The translations under genes and the position numbers were made by a program. Shown here piece by piece: positions 8,137 to 17,837 of a stretch of DNA of 64,000 nt. The DNA is from an uncultured bacterium (GTDB lineage Bacteria; Krumholzibacteriota; Krumholzibacteriia; LZORAL124-64-63), in the NCBI GenBank assembly GCA_963727525.1, contig CAVSGO010000003.1:128001-192000 (forward strand), written 5' to 3'. The notes below the pieces were generated by a model, which was not told where the DNA came from, did not search any database, and worked only from the letters and a program-made list of their open reading frames with translations. Position 1 is the stretch's first letter, and each line of letters begins with the position of its first letter.

Positions 8137-9885
8137 ATGCACGACGAGCCAGGCACCGTTCAACGGCGGAAACCGAGTCGACTCGTCGCCCTGGCGGTCA
8201 TCGTGTTGAGCTGCGCCCCGGCGCTGGCCCGTGCCGCCTTCGACCCGCCGATCACCACGACCGACGTGACCTCGGCGGTGAGTTACCGGCATCAGTTGAC
8301 GGAGGCTGACACGTATCTCGACGCGGAGGATTTCGCGGCAGCGGCTGCGATCTACGCGGGGTTATGCCCAACCTTCCCGCAGAATGGTCTGCTCTGGCGC
8401 AACCGCGCCGTGTGCGACTACCAGCTCCAGGTCTACGGTGCGGCTGCGGACGAGTACCAACGTGCGGTCGAACTCGGCGTGCCGTTCCCGGCGATCTTGC
8501 TCTACAACGCCGCCTGTTGCCAGGCGCTTGCTGGTCAGCCGGATCTCGCCCTGGTCACGCTCGAGCGCGCCCTGGCGGCGGGGTTCGAGGATCGTCCCCT
8601 CCTGCTCGAGGATACCGATCTCGCGTCGCTCCACGATCTGCCGCGATGGCCCGAGGTCGCCGGGTTACTGCCGGATGATGAGATCGATCGAGTGGTCGGC
8701 TGGCGCACCGATCTCGACTTCTGGGTCAAGGAGGTCAAGCGACTGCATCCGGCGCCATTCGCCGTCGTGCACGAAGCCGAGTTCATGGCGCGGGTGGATC
8801 GTCTGCGCCAGCGTATCCCCGTCCTCGATGATGAGCAGATCGTCGCCGAATTCGTGAAGCTGGCGACCTTGCTAGGCGATGGGCATTCGGGCATCCGGCC
8901 GCTGCCGAAGGCGCGCGTCGGCCTGCGCCGCCTGCCGCTGCAACTCTATGCCTTTGCCGACGGGCTGTTCGTCATCGATGCCGACTCGACCCACGCCGAG
9001 CTGCTCGGAGCCGAGATCCTGGCGATCGGCAGCCGACAAGTCGCGGACATGTGGCCCGAGCTGAGCACGATCGTGCCCCGCGACAACTCCATGCGCATCC
9101 TCCAACAGGGGCCTTTCCTGCTCACGCTGACCGCGGTGCTGCGTGACCTCGGCGCGCTTGGCGAGACCGAGGCGGTACCGTTGCACATCCGCGATGCCGG
9201 CGGCGTCGAACGCGTGGTCACCGTCGAGTCATGCCCGCTCGGGCGGGCCAACTTCGAACTCATCCCCTCGCGGCTGCCCGGCGCGCCGACGCCGCCGCTC
9301 TACCTCGCGCACGCCGACGAGGTGCTGTGGATGGGCACCCTGGACGGCGGCCACGTGCTGTACGTCGAGTTCAATGTCGTGAGGGATGCCCCCAACGAGT
9401 CGATCGCCGCCTTTGCGGTGCGCCTGAAGGAACGCATCACCGCGCATCCGGAGATCGACACGATCGTGATGGACGTCCGCCACAACGGCGGCGGCAACAG
9501 CTTCCTGTATCCGCCGCTGGTCAAGGCGCTGGTGTTCTTCCAGGGATTGCGCGGCGACGCGCGGCTGTATGTCCTGATCGGCCGGCAGACGTTCAGCGCT
9601 TGCCAGAACTTCGTGACCGACCTCGACACCTGGACCGACGCGATCTTCGCCGGGGAACCGAGCGGATCGCGTCCCAACATGATCGGCGAGAGCACCTACT
9701 GCGTGCTCCCTTACAGCGGCCTGCGCGCCGGCATCTCCTCGCGCTATCACCAGGAGTCGTACCCGGGCGACGATCGCCCGTGGATCGCACCGAGCCTGCC
9801 CATCATGCTCGATTCGCAGGACTACTTCGCGAACCGCGATCCCGTGCTCGATGCGGTGCTGGCCGATCTGAATTCCGGGCGCTAG
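8137..9885 (+). CDS. Secreted TPR-containing S41-family peptidase-like protein
   Basis: Signal peptide, TPR segment LYNAACCQAL, LGDGHS, DVRHNGGGN, LIGRQTFSA, FAGEPSG. Confidence 0.75.
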   Translation: MHDEPGTVQRRKPSRLVALAVIVLSCAPALARAAFDPPITTTDVTSAVSYRHQLTEADTYLDAEDFAAAAAIYAGLCPTFPQNGLLWRNRAVCDYQLQVYGAAADEYQRAVELGVPFPAILLYNAACCQALAGQPDLALVTLERALAAGFEDRPLLLEDTDLASLHDLPRWPEVAGLLPDDEIDRVVGWRTDLDFWVKEVKRLHPAPFAVVHEAEFMARVDRLRQRIPVLDDEQIVAEFVKLATLLGDGHSGIRPLPKARVGLRRLPLQLYAFADGLFVIDADSTHAELLGAEILAIGSRQVADMWPELSTIVPRDNSMRILQQGPFLLTLTAVLRDLGALGETEAVPLHIRDAGGVERVVTVESCPLGRANFELIPSRLPGAPTPPLYLAHADEVLWMGTLDGGHVLYVEFNVVRDAPNESIAAFAVRLKERITAHPEIDTIVMDVRHNGGGNSFLYPPLVKALVFFQGLRGDARLYVLIGRQTFSACQNFVTDLDTWTDAIFAGEPSGSRPNMIGESTYCVLPYSGLRAGISSRYHQESYPGDDRPWIAPSLPIMLDSQDYFANRDPVLDAVLADLNSGR

Positions 9886-9996
9886 GCGCCGTGACCTGGC
9901 GGTCGTAGGTTTGTCGCGGACTGTGGTCCCCGCGATGTCGCCGACCGTCGCGTCCGGCGTGTCCTTGTCGAGACCGAGGTGGGTTTGCGACCCGTG

Positions 9997-10569
9997 CTAG
10001 TCACTGTCCTTGTCCCCACTCTCATTCAGAAGGTCCATGAGCCCACTGTTTTCCACGGCCGGTACCACGGTTCCGGACTCGGCGGGCATCAGGGCGTGAA
10101 CGCCGTAGGCGTGGACGAGACGCCCACCCTCGTGCGCGGTGTTGGCCAGCAGCCCGGCCGCACCCAGGTAGCCCGCCAGAAAGACGGCGCCCACGGCGAC
10201 CGTCACCGCGCGGCGGGGAGTACGCTTCAGGATCCCGGGTAGGAACATCAGTGCGGCAAACACGAGCGTCAGCGCTGTGAACACCGTGCGCGTCTTCTCG
10301 GCCAGCCCTTCATGTCCTTCCAGGGCCGCGCTGATCGCTGGCGTGCGCGTTGCCAGTTCGCCGGCGGCCTCACCCGTGGCCACGGCCACCCAGGTGGCGG
10401 CGGTGCCCAGCGCCATCAGGGTCAGAGCCGAGATCAGGAATCCCCGAAGCGTGCGTGGCACGATGAGACCCAGAGCGACGAACACGGGAGCGACGAGCAG
10501 CAGACCGATGGGGAAGTGGACCACCAGAGGATGCAGAGCATCCCAACTGGGCAGCGGAGGAAGGTTCAT
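9997..10569 (-). CDS. DUF2231-family membrane protein
   Basis: LHPLVVHFPIGLL motif, four TM helices, LEGHEGLA, TAHEGGRLVHAYGV; AGGAG RBS before ATG 10569. Confidence 0.85.
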   Translation of the reverse strand: MNLPPLPSWDALHPLVVHFPIGLLLVAPVFVALGLIVPRTLRGFLISALTLMALGTAATWVAVATGEAAGELATRTPAISAALEGHEGLAEKTRTVFTALTLVFAALMFLPGILKRTPRRAVTVAVGAVFLAGYLGAAGLLANTAHEGGRLVHAYGVHALMPAESGTVVPAVENSGLMDLLNESGDKDSD

Positions 10570-10613
10570 GTTCGCATCTCCTGGAATTCGCGGTGGTGAT
10601 CGGGGCGGGGGCT

Positions 10614-10646
10614 TGCCGGCGAACCTCTCGACGAGGTTCGCCGGCA
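10614..10646. terminator. Perfect 14-bp hairpin between rubrerythrin and DUF2231 (stabiliser or attenuator; no U-tract)
   Basis: TGCCGGCGAACCTC-TCGAC-GAGGTTCGCCGGCA. Confidence 0.55.
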
Positions 10647-10661
10647 CCCGGCTGCGCAGCT

Positions 10662-11291
10662 CTAGCTGACGGCAATGAACTTTGTGTTGTCCGTGAAGCA
10701 GACCGGGCACTTCTCGCCGGCCAGCTTCAACTCCGTGCGGCCGCAAACCGGGCACACATAGAGCTCGATGCTCTTGCCGCCCATGCTCTTCAGGTTCTGC
10801 AAAGCGTCGGCGTACAGCCTGGCGTGACCACCTTCGGCATCGATCGCGAAGTTGAAAGACCGCAGGGCCGCCTTGGAACCTTCGGCCTTGGCCGTCGCGA
10901 TGAACTCGGGATACATGGTATCGCGCTCGTAGGACTCGCCCTCGATGGCGGCCTTCAGGTTCTCGGCCGTCGTCATGACCGTGGGAGCCACGACCTTGGC
11001 CGTGGGGTTGGCGCCCATGCTGGTGATGACTTCGGCGTGGTTGGCGGCGTGGATGGATTCGGCGCGCGCGGCGGCGCGGAAGATGCTCGCGACCTTGGCG
11101 GACCCTTCCTGATCGGCCTTTTCGGCAAAGGCCAGGTAGCGGGCCTGGGCGTTGGATTCGCCGTTGAAGGCTTCCTGCAGGTTGGCCAGGGTCTTGTCGG
11201 CGGTCGGGGTCGCGCCGGCGATGGCGCTGCTCATGGCCAGGATAGTCAGGGCGGACACGATCAGGGTGAAGGGTTTCCAGAGCTTACGCAT
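10662..11291 (-). CDS. rbr: Rubrerythrin with an N-terminal signal peptide
   Basis: TLANLQEAFNGESNAQARY, AESIHA, AIEGESYERDTMYPEF, AEGGHA (di-iron ligands), and C-terminal CPVC...CPVC rubredoxin. The N-terminus MRKLWKPFTLIVSALTILAMSSAIA resembles a Sec signal. Confidence 0.92.
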   Translation of the reverse strand: MRKLWKPFTLIVSALTILAMSSAIAGATPTADKTLANLQEAFNGESNAQARYLAFAEKADQEGSAKVASIFRAAARAESIHAANHAEVITSMGANPTAKVVAPTVMTTAENLKAAIEGESYERDTMYPEFIATAKAEGSKAALRSFNFAIDAEGGHARLYADALQNLKSMGGKSIELYVCPVCGRTELKLAGEKCPVCFTDNTKFIAVS

Positions 11292-11388
11292 GGGTTCATC
11301 CTCCGTACAGCGGGAACTTGGCGGTGATGGCCGGTCCCGGGGTGCGGGGCCGACCGCTTACAATGATTGCTTCGCTCCCTACCTGTAT

Positions 11389-11404
11389 TGCACCTAGCGT
11401 GCCA
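11389..11404 (-). promoter_or_regulatory. Sigma54 (-24/-12) promoter of rbr-DUF2231
   Basis: Minus strand TGGCAC-GCTAG-GTGCA (GG-N10-GC). Confidence 0.75.
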
Positions 11405-11448
11405 TGCTGTATATTGTTTGATTTCATGTTGTTAGCACAATTGCGACG

Positions 11449-11494
11449 TGTGCAAGAATTGCGCACGCGTGCGCAGGCGCGAAATGCTTGCGCA
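11449..11494. promoter_or_regulatory. Putative tandem enhancer (UAS) for the NtrC-type activator
   Basis: Two imperfect palindromes, TGTGCAAGAATTGCGCA and GCGCGAAATGCTTGCGCA. They are separated from the sigma54 site by an AT-rich, IHF-like tract (11409-11436). Confidence 0.55.
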
Positions 11495-11514
11495 GTACGT
11501 CCCGCCGCGGTGTC

Positions 11515-12879
11515 CTATTCGTGCCGGTAGCGCTTCAGCTTGTAGATGAGTGTCCGTCGGCTGATGCCGAGCAGTTCGGCGGTGCGGGTCCGATTGCCTC
11601 CCATGCGTTCGAGGGCGCTCTCGATTGATTCGCGCTCGATCCGATCCAGGGGCAATACAGGTCCGGCGGCCGCGGCGGGGAGGACTGCGTCCTCGTTCGT
11701 GTCCGTCCGGACCGGGTAGGCCGCGGCGCCCGGACGCACGGCCGGAGGCAGGTGTTCGGGCAGGATCACGTCCGTGCGGGAAAGCAGGCGCGCGCGCTCC
11801 ATGGCGTTCGAGAGCTCGCGGACGTTTCCGGGCCAATCGTAATTCTGGAGGGCCCGCGCCGTCGCCGGCGAAAGGCGCTTGCCCCCGTCGCTCCGATGAA
11901 GGAAGACACGCGCCAGGGGAAGAATGTCCTCGGGCCGGTCGCGCAACGGCGGTAGTTCCAGAGCGATGACATTCAGCCGATGGAAGAGATCCTCGCGGAA
12001 GCGCCCATCCCTGACGGCGTCGGCGAGGTCCTGGTTCGTGGCGGCCACCAGGCGTACATCCACCTGTTTTTCGCCGGTTCCACCGACCGGCACCAGGCGG
12101 CCGGCCTCAAGCACCCGGAGCAGTGCCGGCTGCAGTTCCAGCGGCATGTCCCCGATTTCGTCGAGGAACAGGGTACCGCCGTCCGCCTCGCGAAAGCGGC
12201 CGACTCGACGGCCCGTGGCTCCTGTGAACGATCCGGGTTCATGTCCGAACAGCTCGCTGGCCACCAGGCCTTCGGGCAGCGCGGCGCAGTTGACCGCGAT
12301 CATCGGCTTGTTCGAGCGATGGCTGTTGCGGTGGATGAACTGGGCCAGCACCTCCTTGCCGGCCCCGCTTTCGCCGGTCAACAGGACGGTGGCGTCGCTG
12401 GGCGCCACGCGCCAGGCGTCGTGCAGGAGCGCCCGTAGGGCCGGGCTCTCGGCCACGATCCCGTCCAGCACCCGGGCCGGCAGACCGCCGCCCGTCGGTT
12501 CGGCGCGGAACCCGAGGATATCCCCACAGACGGCGATGAGTTCGTCCAGATCGATGGGTTTGCCCAGGTAGTCCACCGCGCCGAGTTTGAGCGCCGTTAC
12601 GGCTTCGCGGACATTGGGGTGCGCCGTCACCAGCAGGAAGGGCAAGTCGGGGCAGCACTCCCGCACCCGGCGAAGGACCTCCACCCCGTCCGGTCCGGGC
12701 ATTCTCACATCGCTAACGATCAGATCGGGTCGTTGTCGCTGGAGAGCTTCCAGGGCTTCGTGACCGTCCCCCGCTTCCGTGACCAGGAATTCATGATCGC
12801 GGAGCGTGGCCGCATACAGATCACGGTGCGCCTTGTCGTCGTCGACGATCAGGATGCGGGGGGCGGCCCGAGCGTTCAT
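11515..12879 (-). CDS. NtrC/ZraR-family sigma54-dependent response regulator
   Basis: Receiver domain (ILIVDDD, DVRMPG, YLGKP), GESGAGKE, SELFGHEPGSFTGA, FLDEIGD, FREDLFHRL, WPGNVREL, Fis HTH. Confidence 0.95.
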   Translation of the reverse strand: MNARAAPRILIVDDDKAHRDLYAATLRDHEFLVTEAGDGHEALEALQRQRPDLIVSDVRMPGPDGVEVLRRVRECCPDLPFLLVTAHPNVREAVTALKLGAVDYLGKPIDLDELIAVCGDILGFRAEPTGGGLPARVLDGIVAESPALRALLHDAWRVAPSDATVLLTGESGAGKEVLAQFIHRNSHRSNKPMIAVNCAALPEGLVASELFGHEPGSFTGATGRRVGRFREADGGTLFLDEIGDMPLELQPALLRVLEAGRLVPVGGTGEKQVDVRLVAATNQDLADAVRDGRFREDLFHRLNVIALELPPLRDRPEDILPLARVFLHRSDGGKRLSPATARALQNYDWPGNVRELSNAMERARLLSRTDVILPEHLPPAVRPGAAAYPVRTDTNEDAVLPAAAAGPVLPLDRIERESIESALERMGGNRTRTAELLGISRRTLIYKLKRYRHE

Positions 12880-14303
12880 GTCCTCGTCTCCGGAAACTCG
12901 GCCTCTGCGTTCAGGGCCATGTCGCCGATGGTCACGAGCGTGCCGCCCGGACGTGCCGCATCGGTGGGCGAGCGCAAGGCAATGGTCCAGCCGTGACTTT
13001 CGACGATGCGCCGCACGATGGCCAGCCCGAGTCCGTGTCCATGGTTGCGGCCTGTCACATAGGGTTTGAACAAATCGTCGCGTAGCGTCGGGTCAATGCC
13101 CGAGCCCTCGTCGAGCACCGACAGGATCCCGGCGCCTGCTTGACGCTTGATCATGACCGTAACCTTGCTCCCTCGGGGCGAGGCCTGCAAGCTGTTGAGC
13201 AGGAGGTTGACCAGGAGCTGCTCGAACTGCTCCGGGTCCGCGTGCAGGTAGACCTCCTCGCCATCGCAGACGAGGGCCACGCCCGCGCCCGAAAAATCTG
13301 GATCGAGCAGGCCGCATATCCGGCGAATCAGGGTGAGGGCCGCCATCGGTCGAGGTTGCACCGGACGCGGACGGGCGTAGGCCAGGAAATCGCCCAGGCG
13401 CGACGAGGCGGTATCGGTTTGTTCCATGATGGCCGCGGCGGCTTCGCGGGCCGACGGTGGCAGGTCCTCGTCGCCGGCGATGCGCTGCGCCAGTCCGCGC
13501 ACCAGACCCAGGGGATTGCGAGTCTCGTGCGCGAGCCCACGGGCGGTCAATTCGAGTTCGCTCAGATGCTCGGCGCGCAGCCGCGCCGAGCCCAGGCGGG
13601 CACTCAGCTCGCGATTGCGGATGGACAGGATCCAGGCGGTGGACAGGCCCACGATGCAGAGGGTTCCGACGGCCAGAATGGCATTGAGCCGGGCCGTGGC
13701 CTCGCCGACATGCCGATAATAGCCGTCTGCCACCATGCCCACCACCAGGGTCTGTGGGGTCGTTCCCAGGTCCAGATCGCTGCCCGGTTCGGCGTATCCG
13801 GTGAAATCAGGATATCGATGGCGGTATGGCAACTGGAAATCCTGCAGGCGTACGACCTCCCAATGCAGGTACTGACCGTTCTGCAATCCTCCGCCGTGGC
13901 CGTCGAGTGCCGGGAGAACCGCCGGCATCTTTCCCGCGCTGATGGCCGGGCCGAAGGCGGGTCGCAGCGTGACGAAAGTGACTTCGGTGGCGGCCACGAC
14001 ATTTTCCAGGATCATCCGGACCCGCTGGACGTCCAGGTGCCCCCGTCTGACCAGGGCCTGGATGCTGGCCTCCACGGTGTCGGCGACGCCGTGGGTTTCC
14101 TGGCTGATCTCCCGCAGCCCGAGGTCCCGGCTATGTCCGCGCTCCTTGATGTTCGAGCCCGCCAGCACGACCATCAACACCAGGCCGACTGCCACCGGCT
14201 GATGGTATAGCCGCACAACGCGGCCGAAGAGGCGGCGATGCGGAGGAATCCCGGCGGTGGTGTTCGCACGGGCGGTGTCTTGAGGCGTTACGGATTCGTT
14301 CAT
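12876..14303 (-). CDS. Sensor histidine kinase (two TM helices, periplasmic domain), cognate of the adjacent regulator
   Basis: GLAHETRNPL, QLLVNLLLNSLQA, DEGSGI, FKPYVT, GHGLGLAIV; 4-nt ATGA overlap with the regulator. Confidence 0.9.
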   Translation of the reverse strand: MNESVTPQDTARANTTAGIPPHRRLFGRVVRLYHQPVAVGLVLMVVLAGSNIKERGHSRDLGLREISQETHGVADTVEASIQALVRRGHLDVQRVRMILENVVAATEVTFVTLRPAFGPAISAGKMPAVLPALDGHGGGLQNGQYLHWEVVRLQDFQLPYRHRYPDFTGYAEPGSDLDLGTTPQTLVVGMVADGYYRHVGEATARLNAILAVGTLCIVGLSTAWILSIRNRELSARLGSARLRAEHLSELELTARGLAHETRNPLGLVRGLAQRIAGDEDLPPSAREAAAAIMEQTDTASSRLGDFLAYARPRPVQPRPMAALTLIRRICGLLDPDFSGAGVALVCDGEEVYLHADPEQFEQLLVNLLLNSLQASPRGSKVTVMIKRQAGAGILSVLDEGSGIDPTLRDDLFKPYVTGRNHGHGLGLAIVRRIVESHGWTIALRSPTDAARPGGTLVTIGDMALNAEAEFPETRT

Positions 14304-14398
14304 GACGGGGCGTCCGCCTCCGGGGACGCGTGACCGGGCGGGACCGGCCCGTCCCCAGTCTAACTCATTTCTCCGGGTGTTCCCGGTCAAATCTCCAC

Positions 14399-14827
14399 GA
14401 CGCCTGGGACACCAGGTGTCGATGGAAGAGGATACAGTGCCGGCCGAGGCGAGCGAGGAGGTTGTCGACGGTCGTCGGCGAGGTGTCGAGGAGCCTGGCG
14501 ATCTGGCGGTTGGCGGCGCCTGAGACGGCGTGCTTATGGACCTTTGGCAGGAGATCGGCGCGTTTGAGCCAGTATGTGGTGCGGAAGGTCTGGTCGGAGC
14601 AGGTCCTGCCGCAGGCCAGGCAGAGGTAGCGTTGGACGGTGTAGGGCGGGGACTTTCGGGAGACAGTGCCGAAGAGCGCGAAGGGCCAGGAATGCGGCTG
14701 AGGCTTGTGGTATTTGCAGTTAGGGTTGGGGCAGTGGGGAGGAAGTGAAGGGCATGAAGTGAGGGTTTTGGTGTTCATGAGGACGGGTCCAGGCAAGCGC
14801 TGGACCCGTCAACATTCTTCGTGGCAC
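14399..14827 (-). mobile_element. Truncated 5' copy (left end plus about 126 codons) of the IS at 40786-42008
   Basis: Same left terminal repeat GTGCCACGAAGAATGTTG (14810-14827) and near-identical sequence. I counted about 17 substitutions in about 430 nt; similarity stops at about 14399. Confidence 0.92.
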
Positions 14828-15096
14828 GTTGCATTATTAGGCAACAATCGAACAGGATCTTTATACCCCCCTGAGCGATCTCGAGTATCTTGACAACCGG
14901 TGGCAAGCAGATTCCCAGTTTCTTTTGAGGCCATGCGGCCGAAACTTGGTGATTTGCCGCCAGCAAAGGCAAGTGCCGGTACTGGGCACAGCGCCCCAGG
15001 AAAGCTGAACGAGAGACAAATCTGGATGTTTGGGCAACATTGGTGGCCCCAGAGTTCTTGGCCGCACTTGACCCGCATCCGACCGGAGGAACTTCG

Positions 15097-16155
15097 ATGC
15101 ATGAAGCCAGGGCTTACTCCGCGGCCAGCGCAACGTCACCGCTGACGCCCAACACGATCACGCGCCGCGAAACCACGGAAACGGACGTCCAGATCGAGAT
15201 CCTCTTCTGCGGAGTCTGCCATTCCGATCTGCATACGGTACGCAACGAGTGGGGCAGTATCATGCCCACGGTCTACCCGGTCGTGCCGGGCCACGAGATC
15301 GTCGGCAAGGTCGTCAAGGTCGGGTCGGCGGTCGCGAACACCAAACCGGGGGACCTCGTGGGCGTCGGGTGCCTGGTCGACTCGGACCACACCTGCCCCA
15401 GTTGCAAGGCTGACCAGGAGCAGTTCTGTCCTGGCGCCGTCTTCACCTACAACGGTCCGGACAAGCATCTGGGTGGGGTCACGTACGGAGGCTATTCCGA
15501 GAGCATCGTCGTCGATGAACGTTTCGTCCTGCGGATTCCCACCAATCTGGACCTGGCCGGGGTCGCGCCGCTGCTCTGCGCGGGGATCACGACCTATTCG
15601 CCGATGCGCCACTGGAACGTCCGGGAAGGCCAGAAGGTCGGTGTCGTTGGTCTCGGCGGCCTGGGTCACATGGGGGTGAAGTTCGCCCGGGCTTTCGGCG
15701 CTCACGTGGTGGTGTTCACGACCTCGCCCTCGAAGGTGAAGGATGCCCTGAGGCTGGGGGCCCACGAGGTCGTTCAATCCCGCAACGCCGAGGAGATGGC
15801 GAAGCATGCCGGGAGCTTCGACTTCATCCTGGACACCGTGTCGGCGGATCATGACATCAATGCGTATCTGAACTTGCTGACGCGGGACGGAAACCTGACC
15901 CTGGTCGGTGCGCCGGAGAAGCCGCTACCGGTGTCGTCCTTCGCCCTGATTTTCGGCCGCCGCAGCCTGTCCGGTTCGCTGATCGGGGGCATCGCGGAGA
16001 CCCAGGAGATGCTCGACTTCTGCGGCGAGCACGGGATCACCGCCGACGTCGAGGTCATCCCGATCGAGAAGATCAATGAGGCTTATGCGCGGCTGCTGCG
16101 TTCGGACGTGAAGTATCGCTTCTCCATCGACATGGCGTCGTTGAAGTCCCGATAG
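15097..16155 (+). CDS. Zn-dependent NAD(P) alcohol dehydrogenase (cinnamyl-ADH/YahK-like)
   Basis: CGVCHSDLH, PGHEIVG, structural Zn cysteines, PLLCAGITTYSP, GLGGLGHMGVK, DVKYRFSID; GGAGG RBS. Confidence 0.95.
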   Translation: MHEARAYSAASATSPLTPNTITRRETTETDVQIEILFCGVCHSDLHTVRNEWGSIMPTVYPVVPGHEIVGKVVKVGSAVANTKPGDLVGVGCLVDSDHTCPSCKADQEQFCPGAVFTYNGPDKHLGGVTYGGYSESIVVDERFVLRIPTNLDLAGVAPLLCAGITTYSPMRHWNVREGQKVGVVGLGGLGHMGVKFARAFGAHVVVFTTSPSKVKDALRLGAHEVVQSRNAEEMAKHAGSFDFILDTVSADHDINAYLNLLTRDGNLTLVGAPEKPLPVSSFALIFGRRSLSGSLIGGIAETQEMLDFCGEHGITADVEVIPIEKINEAYARLLRSDVKYRFSIDMASLKSR

Positions 16156-16504
16156 CCTTGCGGGCGGGAAGGAACAACGAAGAAGTGTGCTGTGGGTCAA
16201 GGCCTCGAGGTGTCCACCTTCGAGCCCGGCTGCATGGGCGACGATGCCGTAACTCTGGTCGTGGCAAGGCGGACGGAGTTTCGGCGGAGGACAAGCTATT
16301 TCCCTGGCGCCTGGTCGGGAAACGAGTTAGGTTGCCGGCACGACCGGACGCCCGTTCGGCCACGGCGAACAACAGGACCTCGCGCGAATACCCCGAGATC
16401 TCGCCTCCCCAGGATTCTTACCCCCCACTGTTGTACGGGTCGGAGAATAACGACCGTTGCGTCCAGGAACGTCCTGCGCGCATGCGGCGGAGACGCATAC
16501 CACT

Positions 16505-16549
16505 ATGTCCAAGACTCAGATGTCCAAGACTCAGATGTCCAAGACTCAA
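16505..16549 (+). repeat. 3 x 15-bp tandem repeat (MSKTQ x3) at the helicase start
   Basis: ATGTCCAAGACTCAG ATGTCCAAGACTCAG ATGTCCAAGACTCAA. Confidence 0.95.
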
Positions 16550-17788
16550 AACACCGAAACGGCCGGTTTCGACGGCTTCGGGCTCCACGAGTCCCTCGTG
16601 CGCGGCGTCCGCGATGCCGGCTTCACGTCGCCCCGGCCCATCCAGTCCGAGACCATTCCCGCCGGCCTCGACGGCATCGACGTGCTGGGCCTGGCCCAGA
16701 CGGGCACCGGCAAGACCGCGGCCTTCGCGCTCATCCTGCTCGACTGGATCCTCAGGGAGCGCGAGCGCGGTATCCAGGCCCTGATACTCGCGCCCACCCG
16801 GGAGCTGGCCACCCAGATTGCGGCCGAGATCGAACTGCTCGCCCGCCACACCCGCATCAAACTCGCCGTCATCTATGGCGGCGTGGCGCAGAGCCGACAG
16901 GTGAGTCGCCTGCGGCAGCGCCCCGAGATCGTGGTGGGTTGCCCGGGCCGTGTGCTCGACCTGCTGGAGCAGGGACTGCTCGATTTCAGCGGCGTGGAGG
17001 GCGTGGTGCTGGACGAGGCGGACCAGATGTTCGACATGGGCTTTCTGCCCACCGTGCGCAAGATCCTCGCCGCCGTACCCAACGAGCGGCAGAACCTGCT
17101 CTTCTCGGCCACGATGCCCCGCGAGGTACGTCGGCTGGCCGACGAACTGCTGCACGAGCCGCACGTGGTGGAGCTGGCGACCAGCGGGCCGGCGGAAACC
17201 ATCGACCACGGGCTGGTGCTGGTGGCGGAGCAACGCAAGCGCGAGCTGCTCGATCACCTGCTTCGCCAGGACGACTGCCACCGTGCCATCGTCTTCACCC
17301 GCACCAAGCACCGGGCCAAGCGCCTGGCCACCCAGCTGAGCAATGCGGGACATCGTGCGGTGGATCTGCAGGGAAACCTGTCGCAGGCCCAGCGGGATCG
17401 GGCCATGCAGGGATTCCGGTCGCAGCGTTACGACATCCTCGTGGCCACGGACATTGCCGCGCGCGGCATCGATGTGAGCGGTGTGTCGCACGTGATCAAC
17501 TATGACGTGCCCAACACGCCGGAGCAGTATACGCATCGCATCGGCCGGACCGGCCGCGCGGAGCTCGAGGGTATCGCCTACACCTTCGTCACCCGCGAGG
17601 ACCACGAATGGCTGCGCGCCACCGAACGCATGATCGGCGAGCCGATCCGGCGCCAGGTGGTCGACGGCTTCGAAGCCGACAGCGGCGAGGCCCGGGTCGC
17701 GCGGGGCGGCACTTCCCGCGGCTCTTCCCGTGGTGGTTCCGGCGGTGGTTCACGGGGTGGTCGTCGCCGCGGCTGGAATGCGGCTTGA
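16505..17788 (+). CDS. DEAD-box RNA helicase (RhlE-like)
   Basis: Q motif GFTSPRPIQ, AQTGTGKT, PTRELA, CPGR, LDEAD, SAT, ARGID, HRIGRTGR, and an RG-rich tail. Confidence 0.95.
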   Translation: MSKTQMSKTQMSKTQNTETAGFDGFGLHESLVRGVRDAGFTSPRPIQSETIPAGLDGIDVLGLAQTGTGKTAAFALILLDWILRERERGIQALILAPTRELATQIAAEIELLARHTRIKLAVIYGGVAQSRQVSRLRQRPEIVVGCPGRVLDLLEQGLLDFSGVEGVVLDEADQMFDMGFLPTVRKILAAVPNERQNLLFSATMPREVRRLADELLHEPHVVELATSGPAETIDHGLVLVAEQRKRELLDHLLRQDDCHRAIVFTRTKHRAKRLATQLSNAGHRAVDLQGNLSQAQRDRAMQGFRSQRYDILVATDIAARGIDVSGVSHVINYDVPNTPEQYTHRIGRTGRAELEGIAYTFVTREDHEWLRATERMIGEPIRRQVVDGFEADSGEARVARGGTSRGSSRGGSGGGSRGGRRRGWNAA

Positions 17789-17837
17789 TGCAACGGTGCC
17801 GCCGGTGGCCTGCAGAAGGCTATGAGGGCACCGCGGA

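Noticed and set aside
14828-15060. Lower-GC stretch beside the truncated IS
   Set aside because: No convincing ORF, RNA or repeat recognised; left unannotated.
16505-16549. Short direct repeats as a possible CRISPR array
   Set aside because: The repeats are contiguous with no spacers and there are no cas genes; no CRISPR array was seen anywhere in the window.
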